Positions 60,601-64,000 of a stretch of DNA of 64,000 nucleotides are shown here, in pieces (within the stretch, counting starts at the first letter, position 1; each line of letters begins with the position of its first letter). The notes beneath the pieces were generated by a model. It saw nothing but the letters and a program-made list of their open reading frames with translations, made no database searches and was not told where the DNA came from. The stretch is from the NCBI GenBank assembly GCA_965644265.1, contig OZ286471.1, forward strand, positions 46,934,001 to 46,998,000. The letters run 5' to 3'. Both the position numbers and the translations under genes were made by a program. This DNA is from Glycera tridactyla. Its lineage: Eukaryota.

Positions 60601-63330
60601 TATGCAACATATCATTTGAAGCGCTCCTCGCCAACCATCTGAAGAACTGGACTTATCTTCATATACCAAATTCGTGATTATATGAATTGTATTGTACAAT
60701 GACGTTTTTCAGACTGCAAGATCTCGATCCCCTTGTCCAAGATGAATGGCTTTGGTTCAAAAGCTATCCAATGTAGTTTTTGAGAGCAGTCGAATCCGCC
60801 TCTGAACACTGAATCAGTGACAAAGAGAAGGGTGATATAGTCACTAATGCAGGGTCATGGTACAGTGTAGCAGGGGTGATCCAGCACTTGAGGGATGTGA
60901 TAACTGCTATCTGCATGTCGCATGAGCACTAAGTGAATGATTATCGTACCTTGTCCTGTTTGCATTCATCTGATGTGCAGGAACATCTGTACATCTGTGT
61001 CGATTATGCTTAACCAAAGTTATCCTTTGAAGTCAATTCAAGCATTTGACCCATCGTGGCACGGTGTAAGGGAATATGTGAAGCACTCAGATTTGATCAC
61101 ATTTTTATCAATGTTCTTGTTATTGCATGAGTGGTCTGTCTTGCCAACTTATGTCTGTCTTAGAACGATCTATTTCATTAAGCTCCTCACACTTTGCCTG
61201 CTAAGAAAATTCGGAGGGTCATCTTCATCAGGTCCATATGCCTTAGTCATTCAAACATACTTCCCTTCACCAATTTCTACTCAGCGAATGTTATTACCAG
61301 GTTTCTCATATGCATCATGACTCATTTTTTCGACAGATGTAGTTTGTTCCACCTCGTCGACTGCACCGGCAACTCTATCGACTGCAGACATATCGGCAAC
61401 ACCCATTCCAGGTAGACATAGTACCCTCTATGTACTGATGCCAACAAGCATAGTGACAGAATGATACTACTATGAGATATCAGATGTATGCAATGCCCAG
61501 CGATAGATCAGTTTTGCATGAAGTTCATTGATGGCGTGGTTGATATGCAGCTGATATATAAATATATGTATGGGAGGGCATTTAATCATGGCAGGACACA
61601 TACATTGACACACGACGACATATAAACACACAAAACACAACACAAAAAAGAGTTTTCATCGCATATATTGTATGTCAATTACATGCGCACATGCATAAAT
61701 TCATGAGTCTTACCTAGTTTCATGTAGATTTAGATTGCATTCTACATATCATGCGATGATCAGATGGATACTATTGTATATGCTATGATATACTTTCACG
61801 CATCAGGCCATGAAACGCTTGCTTTTTTTGCAGATGGATGCTTTATTCAGACGTTGGGAGGGACAGCAGCGGGAGGGCACTGCACTTTTCCATTCTTTTA
61901 CAAAGGAATATTTCATAACCAGTGCATACGGTTGGATCGCAGACAACCTTGGTGTTCAACTACTGCCTTTTTCGAGTTGGACCAAATGTGGGGATATTGT
62001 TTAGGTAATACTTGGCTTCTGTCTATATTCTTCAACATACTGAAGAGATATCAGGTTTGCAAACAGTTCAATATTCATCTCAATGCGATTAGAAAATGCC
62101 TTCAGTCATCATATACCAGTGTCCTGTTCTTCAGTCGTTCGATTTATAGTCTTGCTTCTATGTTTGTTGATCCTGAAAAAGGGTCTGAATTGTAAATAGC
62201 ATTATAATACCAGTATCGAAAGTATCAGTACTTCTTATTATATCTTCATACTTTTGAATATGATATTCGTATCTGCAGTTGTACATAAGATTTATGAGGC
62301 TATGAAAAGTGGTTGAAGAAGTGCCAAAAATTTTGAAATGACCAAAATTGACGGGGATCGTAGTGAGTTGTACCTGATAATCATGATCTCAAGTGAAAGC
62401 TCAATATGGAGAAAGCTCAAATATATTCAATTTCATATCTTTTTCATTAGATCTTGTGTGCGTCTCATCTACAACAACAGAGGCACCAGCTTCGACGTTG
62501 CCAGCCTTTCTCAATGTTCCAGCTGGTTGCTTCGTTAGAACAACTGGTGGTAATGCGAATGGCGATTATTGTCACTTTCCCTTCGTCTACAAATCGGAAC
62601 GCTATGATACATGTATCAAGCTAAATCACGATCGGTATTGGTGCTCGGTTGCATCAATATATGCTGTGGGCCAACGATGGGGAAATTGCCTAGGTAACGA
62701 TTCATCACTTGTGGTCTCACAATATTCATCTAATATCTGACACACCCTGCAGTGCAAATGTATATTCTGGTCAATATATCATAATTCATGATCTCCAGAT
62801 GGATCACAAATATCTAATTTTGATTTCTGGATGGATCCGAAGTAATCACCTATGAATATTATAGCACCAGACATACATGATGGCAAAAGTTGCTATTATC
62901 CCCATCCCTCCGTTGATTGGAATCAATGATATTTAGATTTTGAGTCATCACTCATTGACAACAAACCCATGTGATATCTCGATTACACACTGATTTAGAT
63001 ATTGTTTGATTAGTCTCAGTGGGAATGGTCGTTACATTGTATAATCATACTCTTTCATTTTGATAGATGTTATATGCGAGACGACAGATAGAACAACCAC
63101 AACAAGTAAACGTCCTACTACCACACCGACGACCACTTCTGAACCGTATACACAAGGAGACTGTTTTATACCTACAACTGGTGGTTCTGCTGGTAACTCA
63201 CGGTGCTATTTCCCTTTTGTGTACAAGGATGTGACATATTATGATTGTTCAACAAGGAATAATGATGGTGTGCGATGGTGCTACACATCGCCTACCTACA
63301 GAAATGATCGTCTTTGGGGCAACTGCTTAG
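351..63330 (+). CDS. Partial multi-exon gene (80 exons in window) for a giant secreted-type protein with 47 FN2-like modules and S/T/P-rich linkers; 5' and 3' ends outside window
   Basis: Every exon listed below has an AG acceptor and GT donor, phase 1-1 and length 3n. Joined frame is 12,717 nt without stop. FN2 motif C-x-[FI]PF-x-Y...C...WC-x4-[YF]...WG-x-C recurs 47 times. Confidence 0.88.
892..1002 (+). CDS. S/T/P linker exon, unit 1
   Basis: 111 nt, ctag|...|gtaat; DLKCGESTLVASTLVTEASSSASPRPSILPTQQVTLP. Confidence 0.85.
1503..1584 (+). repeat. 41-bp intronic tandem duplication (CTCGCTCGATTTATCAGTTTCACTTTCTACAGAAAATACAA x2), also in the introns after units 2, 4, 7, 9 and 15
   Basis: Accounts for the ~1308 versus ~1266 bp unit lengths. 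Confidence 0.9.
1658..1831 (+). CDS. FN2 exon, unit 2
   Basis: 174 nt, AG/GT, phase 1-1. Confidence 0.9.
2199..2309 (+). CDS. Linker exon, unit 2
   Basis: 111 nt, AG/GT, DLKCSES...VTLP. Confidence 0.85.
2966..3139 (+). CDS. FN2 exon, unit 3
   Basis: 174 nt, AG/GT. Confidence 0.9.
3507..3617 (+). CDS. Linker exon, unit 3
   Basis: 111 nt, AG/GT. Confidence 0.85.
4232..4405 (+). CDS. FN2 exon, unit 4
   Basis: 174 nt, AG/GT. Confidence 0.9.
4773..4883 (+). CDS. Linker exon, unit 4
   Basis: 111 nt, AG/GT. Confidence 0.85.
5540..5713 (+). CDS. FN2 exon, unit 5
   Basis: 174 nt, AG/GT. Confidence 0.9.
6081..6191 (+). CDS. Linker exon, unit 5
   Basis: 111 nt, AG/GT. Confidence 0.85.
6806..6979 (+). 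CDS. FN2 exon, unit 6
   Basis: 174 nt, AG/GT. Confidence 0.9.
7347..7457 (+). CDS. Linker exon, unit 6
   Basis: 111 nt, AG/GT. Confidence 0.85.
8073..8246 (+). CDS. FN2 exon, unit 7
   Basis: 174 nt, AG/GT. Confidence 0.9.
8614..8724 (+). CDS. Linker exon, unit 7
   Basis: 111 nt, AG/GT. Confidence 0.85.
9381..9554 (+). CDS. FN2 exon, unit 8
   Basis: 174 nt, AG/GT. Confidence 0.9.
9922..10032 (+). CDS. Linker exon, unit 8
   Basis: 111 nt, AG/GT. Confidence 0.85.
10647..10820 (+). CDS. FN2 exon, unit 9
   Basis: 174 nt, AG/GT. Confidence 0.9.
11188..11298 (+). CDS. Linker exon, unit 9
   Basis: 111 nt, AG/GT. Confidence 0.85.
11955..12128 (+). CDS. FN2 exon, unit 10
   Basis: 174 nt, AG/GT. 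Confidence 0.9.
12496..12606 (+). CDS. Linker exon, unit 10
   Basis: 111 nt, AG/GT, DLQCSES variant. Confidence 0.85.
13221..13394 (+). CDS. FN2 exon, unit 11
   Basis: 174 nt, AG/GT, KSNN variant. Confidence 0.9.
13762..13872 (+). CDS. Linker exon, unit 11
   Basis: 111 nt, AG/GT. Confidence 0.85.
14488..14661 (+). CDS. FN2 exon, unit 12
   Basis: 174 nt, AG/GT, GGSANG variant. Confidence 0.9.
15029..15139 (+). CDS. Linker exon, unit 12
   Basis: 111 nt, AG/GT. Confidence 0.85.
15754..15927 (+). CDS. FN2 exon, unit 13
   Basis: 174 nt, AG/GT; following intron carries the 5.2-kb insertion. Confidence 0.9.
15947..21118. mobile_element. 5,172-bp non-coding insertion with TGTAA...TTACA termini and 4-bp TSD (ATAG); probable large solo LTR or non-autonomous element
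   Basis: Empty site in other units reads GGTAATAGACTGC. Here it reads GGTAATAG|TGTAATCC...GGCGTTACA|ATAG ACTGC. Unit spacing 6443 = 1267 + 5172 + 4. No long ORF and no internal LTR pair seen. Confidence 0.8.
21471..21581 (+). CDS. Linker exon, unit 13
   Basis: 111 nt, AG/GT. Confidence 0.85.
22197..22370 (+). CDS. FN2 exon, unit 14
   Basis: 174 nt, AG/GT. Confidence 0.9.
22738..22848 (+). CDS. Linker exon, unit 14
   Basis: 111 nt, AG/GT. Confidence 0.85.
23464..23637 (+). CDS. FN2 exon, unit 15
   Basis: 174 nt, AG/GT. Confidence 0.9.
24005..24115 (+). CDS. Linker exon, unit 15
   Basis: 111 nt, AG/GT. Confidence 0.85.
24771..24944 (+). CDS. FN2 exon, unit 16
   Basis: 174 nt, AG/GT, TTSFY variant. 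Confidence 0.9.
25312..25422 (+). CDS. Linker exon, unit 16
   Basis: 111 nt, AG/GT. Confidence 0.85.
25942..26115 (+). CDS. FN2 exon, unit 17
   Basis: 174 nt, AG/GT. Confidence 0.9.
26483..26593 (+). CDS. Linker exon, unit 17
   Basis: 111 nt, AG/GT. Confidence 0.85.
27210..27383 (+). CDS. FN2 exon, unit 18
   Basis: 174 nt, AG/GT. Confidence 0.9.
27751..27861 (+). CDS. Linker exon, unit 18
   Basis: 111 nt, AG/GT. Confidence 0.85.
28476..28649 (+). CDS. FN2 exon, unit 19
   Basis: 174 nt, AG/GT, DERW variant. Confidence 0.9.
29017..29127 (+). CDS. Linker exon, unit 19
   Basis: 111 nt, AG/GT. Confidence 0.85.
29739..29912 (+). CDS. FN2 exon, unit 20
   Basis: 174 nt, AG/GT. Confidence 0.9.
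30280..30390 (+). CDS. Linker exon, unit 20
   Basis: 111 nt, ttag|...|gtaat. Confidence 0.85.
31006..31179 (+). CDS. FN2 exon, unit 21
   Basis: 174 nt, AG/GT. Confidence 0.9.
31547..31657 (+). CDS. Linker exon, unit 21
   Basis: 111 nt, AG/GT. Confidence 0.85.
31810..32915. repeat. Sequence unrelated to the array unit, probably interspersed-repeat relics
   Basis: Replaces most of the array-type intron; contains AAAGGTCAAAAG and CAAGGTCA motifs and a poly-C tract; family not identified. Confidence 0.3.
32979..33152 (+). CDS. FN2 exon 22 (diverged edge copy of array exon)
   Basis: 174 nt; DGCYIPTVGGNADGARCVFPFFYRGDKYWQCTVIKNDNKAWCSTTSFYDVDKRWGNCL. Confidence 0.9.
33467..33587. mobile_element. 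~120-bp MITE-like foldback
   Basis: Imperfect ~42-bp inverted repeat AAGCAAGAATATATGGCCGTGAGGTAAAATGCAATACCAAAC / GTTCGGTATTGCGTTTTTACTTCACGGACATATATTCTTACT. Confidence 0.55.
33776..34009 (+). CDS. Fused linker+FN2 exon (FN2 23)
   Basis: 234 nt; DQLCSTTVSTTLGISSSAAPIVCYIPTTGGNGNGMQCVIPFIYNG...WCSITANYDEDKLWGICL; donor gtaagt. Confidence 0.88.
34885..34998 (+). CDS. Linker exon
   Basis: 114 nt; DVICDESTSGPSTSPSISSPSTTPVLTALPTQAPSTLP. Confidence 0.82.
35005..35195. other. N run (191 nt), intronic
   Basis: Undetermined bases. Confidence 0.95.
35925..36098 (+). CDS. FN2 exon 24
   Basis: 174 nt; DGCYIPTFGGNAKGNSCAFPFFYKGNKYWECITIDNGNAPWCSTTTFYDVDKRWGNCL (missed by ORF track). Confidence 0.88.
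36432..36542 (+). CDS. Linker exon
   Basis: 111 nt; DIICDGTTIVQSTFVTGAGTTTSDPTALPTGRPVTIP. Confidence 0.82.
37813..37986 (+). CDS. FN2 exon 25
   Basis: 174 nt; DICFIPTSGGTANGAACTFPFFYRGEKYWQC...WGNCL. Confidence 0.88.
   Translation: MYVLYQQVEGLQMGLPVHSLFSIVVKNTGSVQRYEMMVPCGAQRQLFMTGTSNGGIV
38628..38741 (+). CDS. Linker exon
   Basis: 114 nt; DIICDESTVVPSTMVTDTQSTKTPGPTALPTQAPSTLQ. Confidence 0.82.
39172..39345 (+). CDS. FN2 exon 26
   Basis: 174 nt; DGCYIPTSGGTAAGAFCAFPFYYRGERYDSC...DKLWGNCL. Confidence 0.88.
39618..39662. repeat. (AT)n microsatellite
   Basis: Uninterrupted AT dinucleotide run. Confidence 0.95.
41456..41689 (+). CDS. Fused linker+FN2 exon (FN2 27)
   Basis: 234 nt; GPICQMTSVPTAALTSTVIPSDCYIPTTGGNGNGLKCYIPFVY...DEDKLWGNCL; paralog of 33776..34009. 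Confidence 0.88.
42001..42087 (+). CDS. Linker exon
   Basis: 87 nt; DERCGTSSAPTSVTPKDGSTSTERYSTLS. Confidence 0.78.
42481..42654 (+). CDS. FN2 exon 28
   Basis: 174 nt; DGCYIPTIGGTAAGAPCEFPFYYMGDKYWTCILGGSQARLWCSTTTFYDVDGQWGNCL (frame missed by ORF track). Confidence 0.88.
   Translation: MAVTFPRLVELQLGHHANSPSTTWVINTGHVFLAEVKLDYGVQLQHSTMLMDNGATV
43016..43132 (+). CDS. Linker exon
   Basis: 117 nt; GLVCGETTVIKSTQKTTTISSSPPSSQTVLPTQPPVTLP. Confidence 0.82.
43482..43655 (+). CDS. FN2 exon 29
   Basis: 174 nt; DGCYIPTYDGNADGAACEFPFYYEGDKYWQC...DRKWGNCL. Confidence 0.88.
   Translation: MGATSPHMMEMQMGLHVNFPSTTRVTNTGNALLSRMEIYHGAQQQHSMVLIENGAIV
43769..43903. other. N run (135 nt), intronic, flanked by AT/CT simple repeats
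   Basis: Undetermined bases. Confidence 0.95.
44117..44227 (+). CDS. Linker exon
   Basis: 111 nt; DLVCDGSTIIPSTSTVIPSSSQSVRTEFPTQPPATLP. Confidence 0.82.
44903..45070 (+). CDS. FN2 exon 30 (two codons shorter)
   Basis: 168 nt; DGCFIPTTGGTANGAVCVFPFIYRGIEYRECTTERNEGIPWCSTTALYDKQWGNCL. Confidence 0.88.
   Translation: MDVSSPQLGELQMVLCVFSHLFTVALNIGNVLPSETRVYLGVQRLHYMTNSGETV
45392..45553 (+). CDS. Linker exon with internal 60-bp duplication
   Basis: 162 nt; DVVCGE(STVVRSTLVTDVTSQSTALP)x2 SQSPVTLP. Confidence 0.82.
45409..45530 (+). repeat. Perfect 60-bp tandem duplication inside linker exon
   Basis: TCAACAGTTGTTCGATCC...CGCTCCCA repeated with 60-nt period. Confidence 0.95.
46094..46267 (+). 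CDS. FN2 exon 31
   Basis: 174 nt; EGCVIPTSGGTADGAACVFPFYYDGKKYWEC...DKRWGNCL. Confidence 0.88.
46661..46774. mobile_element. ~114-bp MITE-like element with 25-bp terminal inverted repeats
   Basis: AAATGAATCAGGAAACTGGACTCAC (46661..46685) versus GTGAGTCCAGTTTCTTGATTCATTT (46750..46774), 24/25 complementary. Confidence 0.6.
46956..47228 (+). CDS. Fused linker+FN2 exon (FN2 32)
   Basis: 273 nt; DLVCGEDTTAPSTPSTVPSTQTSSGPAGTETFLPPNCIIPTSGG...WCAVTWDYDQDELWGNCL. Confidence 0.88.
   Translation: MWYVGKILRPPPLHPPCLQLRPAVVQLAPRHSCHRIALFQHQEEQGWVKTAFFLSSTEIVNSLHAPRSDMIGRGVLSHGTMTKMNSGEIV
47480..47619 (-). mobile_element. Short SINE-like element, copy 1
   Basis: (GGTT)n-CTGGTTTAACGTC...CAAGGTGCCATTT; flanks TGTCATTG / TGTCAATG resemble a degenerate TSD; paralog at 48133. 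Confidence 0.5.
47806..47892 (+). CDS. Linker exon (cassette 1)
   Basis: 87 nt; DLVCDTSTTSAGTMIPTATAKSVSSTNLP. Confidence 0.8.
48133..48280 (-). mobile_element. Short SINE-like element, copy 2, with 9-bp TSD
   Basis: CATCAGCGG at 48124..48132 and 48281..48289; the paralogous intron at ~51435-51455 lacks the insert. Confidence 0.65.
48364..48534 (+). CDS. FN2 exon 33 (cassette 1)
   Basis: 171 nt; DGCFITTAGGTAGGAFCTLPFFYNGVSYSQCITFIRGRPWCATTVFFEFDQLWGYCE. Confidence 0.88.
49499..49741 (+). CDS. Fused linker+FN2 exon 34 (cassette 1)
   Basis: 243 nt; DRVCPSSTSAAPSPTTPSPFLNVPPGCQVRTTGGNANGDYCYFPFVYKS...SRWGNCL. Confidence 0.88.
50245..50520 (+). CDS. Fused linker+FN2 exon 35 (cassette 1)
   Basis: 276 nt; EVVCESETTEEIVSTTTQARPTPTTTTTRQPYTQGNCYIRTTGG...NDHLWGNCL. 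Confidence 0.88.
   Translation, partial: KWYVKVRPQKKLYQPQLKPGQLLQRPLHANHIHKGTATYVRQVDVPEIHSATSLMFTRVLHTMNVQWWIIMAFHGATQPAITRMITCGAIV
50867..50932 (+). CDS. Linker exon (cassette 2)
   Basis: 66 nt; DQVCSTSSSLPEVTSIQATTIP. Confidence 0.78.
50960..51005. repeat. (GACA)n tetranucleotide tract
   Basis: Imperfect GACA run; larger paralogous tract at ~54195-54290. Confidence 0.8.
51520..51690 (+). CDS. FN2 exon 36 (cassette 2)
   Basis: 171 nt; paralog of 48364..48534. Confidence 0.88.
52608..52850 (+). CDS. Fused linker+FN2 exon 37 (cassette 2)
   Basis: 243 nt; same protein as 49499..49741 with synonymous changes. Confidence 0.88.
53366..53641 (+). CDS. Fused linker+FN2 exon 38 (cassette 2)
   Basis: 276 nt; EVVCESETTKQTVSTTTRARP...NDHLWGNCL. 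Confidence 0.88.
   Translation, partial: KLYAKVRPPNKLYQPQPEPGQLLQRPLHANHIHKGTATYVRQVDVPGIHNATSLLYTRVLHTMNVQWWIIMAFHGATRPAITRMITCGAIV
53985..54050 (+). CDS. Linker exon (cassette 3)
   Basis: 66 nt; DQVCSTSSSVSEVTSIHATSIP. Confidence 0.78.
54195..54290. repeat. (GACA)n-like tract
   Basis: Imperfect tetranucleotide run. Confidence 0.8.
54556..54726 (+). CDS. FN2 exon 39 (cassette 3)
   Basis: 171 nt; DGCYIRTFGGTSNGGRCFIPFFYDGKFHEQCISLDRRQPWCSTTAFFDIDQLWGYCL (frame missed by ORF track). Confidence 0.88.
55108..55350 (+). CDS. Fused linker+FN2 exon 40 (cassette 3)
   Basis: 243 nt; DRVCPAPTTPALPTTTEPAFLNVPSGCFVRTTGG...QRWGNCL. Confidence 0.88.
   Translation: MECAQPQQRQHYQQPQNQLFSMFHRDASLEQLVVQQMATIASSPSPTNHNAMIHARRKIMIGIGAQLYGFIPLANDGEIA
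55560..55620. repeat. GA-rich simple repeat
   Basis: Imperfect (GA)n / (GAGAAAGAGT)n. Confidence 0.75.
55856..56116 (+). CDS. Fused linker+FN2 exon 41 (cassette 3)
   Basis: 261 nt; DVVCETTEKTTTTKRPTTTPTTTTEPYTQGDCSISTFGG...NDHLWANCL. Confidence 0.88.
57045..57189. other. N run (145 nt), intronic
   Basis: Undetermined bases. Confidence 0.95.
57563..57646 (+). CDS. Linker exon (cassette 4)
   Basis: 84 nt; DVVCSTSSTAPATLSSMLTADISATPIP. Confidence 0.8.
58069..58239 (+). CDS. FN2 exon 42 (cassette 4)
   Basis: 171 nt; DGCFIQTLGGTAAGGHCTFPFFYKGIFHNQC...DQMWGYCL. Confidence 0.88.
   Translation: MDALFRRWEGQQREGTALFHSFTKEYFITSAYGWIADNLGVQLLPFSSWTKCGDIV
58654..58896 (+). CDS. Fused linker+FN2 exon 43 (cassette 4)
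   Basis: 243 nt; DLVCVSSTTTEAPASTLPAFLNVPAGCFVRTTGG...QRWGNCL. Confidence 0.88.
59260..59523 (+). CDS. Fused linker+FN2 exon 44 (cassette 4)
   Basis: 264 nt; DVICETTDRTTTTSKRPTTTPTTTSEPYTQGDCFIPTTGG...NDRLWGNCL. Confidence 0.88.
61337..61411 (+). CDS. Linker exon (cassette 5)
   Basis: 75 nt; DVVCSTSSTAPATLSTADISATPIP (in-frame 9-nt deletion versus 57563..57646). Confidence 0.8.
61834..62004 (+). CDS. FN2 exon 45 (cassette 5)
   Basis: 171 nt; matches 58069..58239. Confidence 0.88.
   Translation: MDALFRRWEGQQREGTALFHSFTKEYFITSAYGWIADNLGVQLLPFSSWTKCGDIV
62451..62693 (+). CDS. Fused linker+FN2 exon 46 (cassette 5)
   Basis: 243 nt; matches 58654..58896. Confidence 0.88.
63067..63330 (+). CDS. 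Fused linker+FN2 exon 47 (cassette 5)
   Basis: 264 nt; matches 59260..59523. Confidence 0.88.
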
Positions 63331-64000
63331 GTGCGTGACAATTCAGGAGGGGAGCAATTCTAATTGAATGCATGATTTGACTATACATACGAGCACACAT
63401 TAACGTGGACACATATACACATACCTACCTACCTGCTCACCTACGTATCCACCTGCTTGCCCACCTACCGAATGATATACATACATGCGTACGGATATAC
63501 GTACGCACAGACAGAAAGATGGGTGGGCGTACCAATGAACGCAACGAAGGACCGAAGCACACATGCATTCACAAATAGTGGTACATGAAGCTATTTCATA
63601 TCAGACAAATACGCTGCACTCTATCGCCTCTGTTCCCAATCGTCAGTATACAATATCTAACCTGCCACATGTCACGAGAGCATGCTTTGTGAGTCCCAAG
63701 TGTCTGCATTGGTTAACCTGTAACGAAATCATTACCTGATTTTCACCAGATCGGTGTTGCTTCTACACGCATTACATAACAATCCACACATCTCTATTCA
63801 TAATCACACGCTTTCATGGCGCACTGCCTTCATCCAGCTTCAGCTTTGAAGAGGGTCGGAGCAGGATTGAGAGCTCTCCGACTATCCAGAAATACGTATG
63901 ATCTCAGAACACGATTTGCGACAGAAGAAAGCAGCATACTTGAGTCTCTCTTCATTAGATTGAGAATGTTACCTTTTGGGCCATGCTGTCAGAGATACAG

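Larger units (their letters stand above)
57190..64000 (+). repeat. Recent ~3.8-kb segmental duplication (~57190-60170 versus ~61030-64000), introns included
   Basis: Near-identical introns and exons with offsets of 3765-3807 bp. Confidence 0.88.

Noticed and set aside
351-63330. Naming the gene as fibronectin, MMP2/9, ELSPBP1, BSP or LPA
   Set aside because: No FN1/FN3, catalytic, hemopexin or protease domain is in the window, and module count and Cys pattern differ; no symbol is supportable.

Overview
This is eukaryotic (metazoan) genomic DNA, not a prokaryotic locus. The whole window lies inside one + strand, GT-AG spliced gene whose start and stop are outside the window. I traced 80 exons by hand (351..63330). 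All are phase 1-1 and all have lengths divisible by 3. Spliced in order they give 12,717 nt / 4,239 codons with no stop, encoding 47 fibronectin type II (FN2)-like modules separated by Ser/Thr/Pro-rich linkers. Each module has two extra Cys flanking the four canonical FN2 Cys, in a kringle-like C5-x4-C6 spacing. Positions 1..~31809 are a near-identical tandem array of 21 two-exon units (~1266/1308 bp) with alternating intron types. The array is interrupted once by a 5,172-bp TG...CA element with a 4-bp target-site duplication. Positions 32979..64000 hold older, diverged modules, including five copies of a 4-exon/3-FN2 cassette. Introns contain small MITE-like foldbacks, a short SINE-like family, microsatellites and three N runs. 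Most ORF-track entries are exon read-throughs or spurious intronic ORFs. The host is inferred, with low confidence, to be a marine invertebrate.
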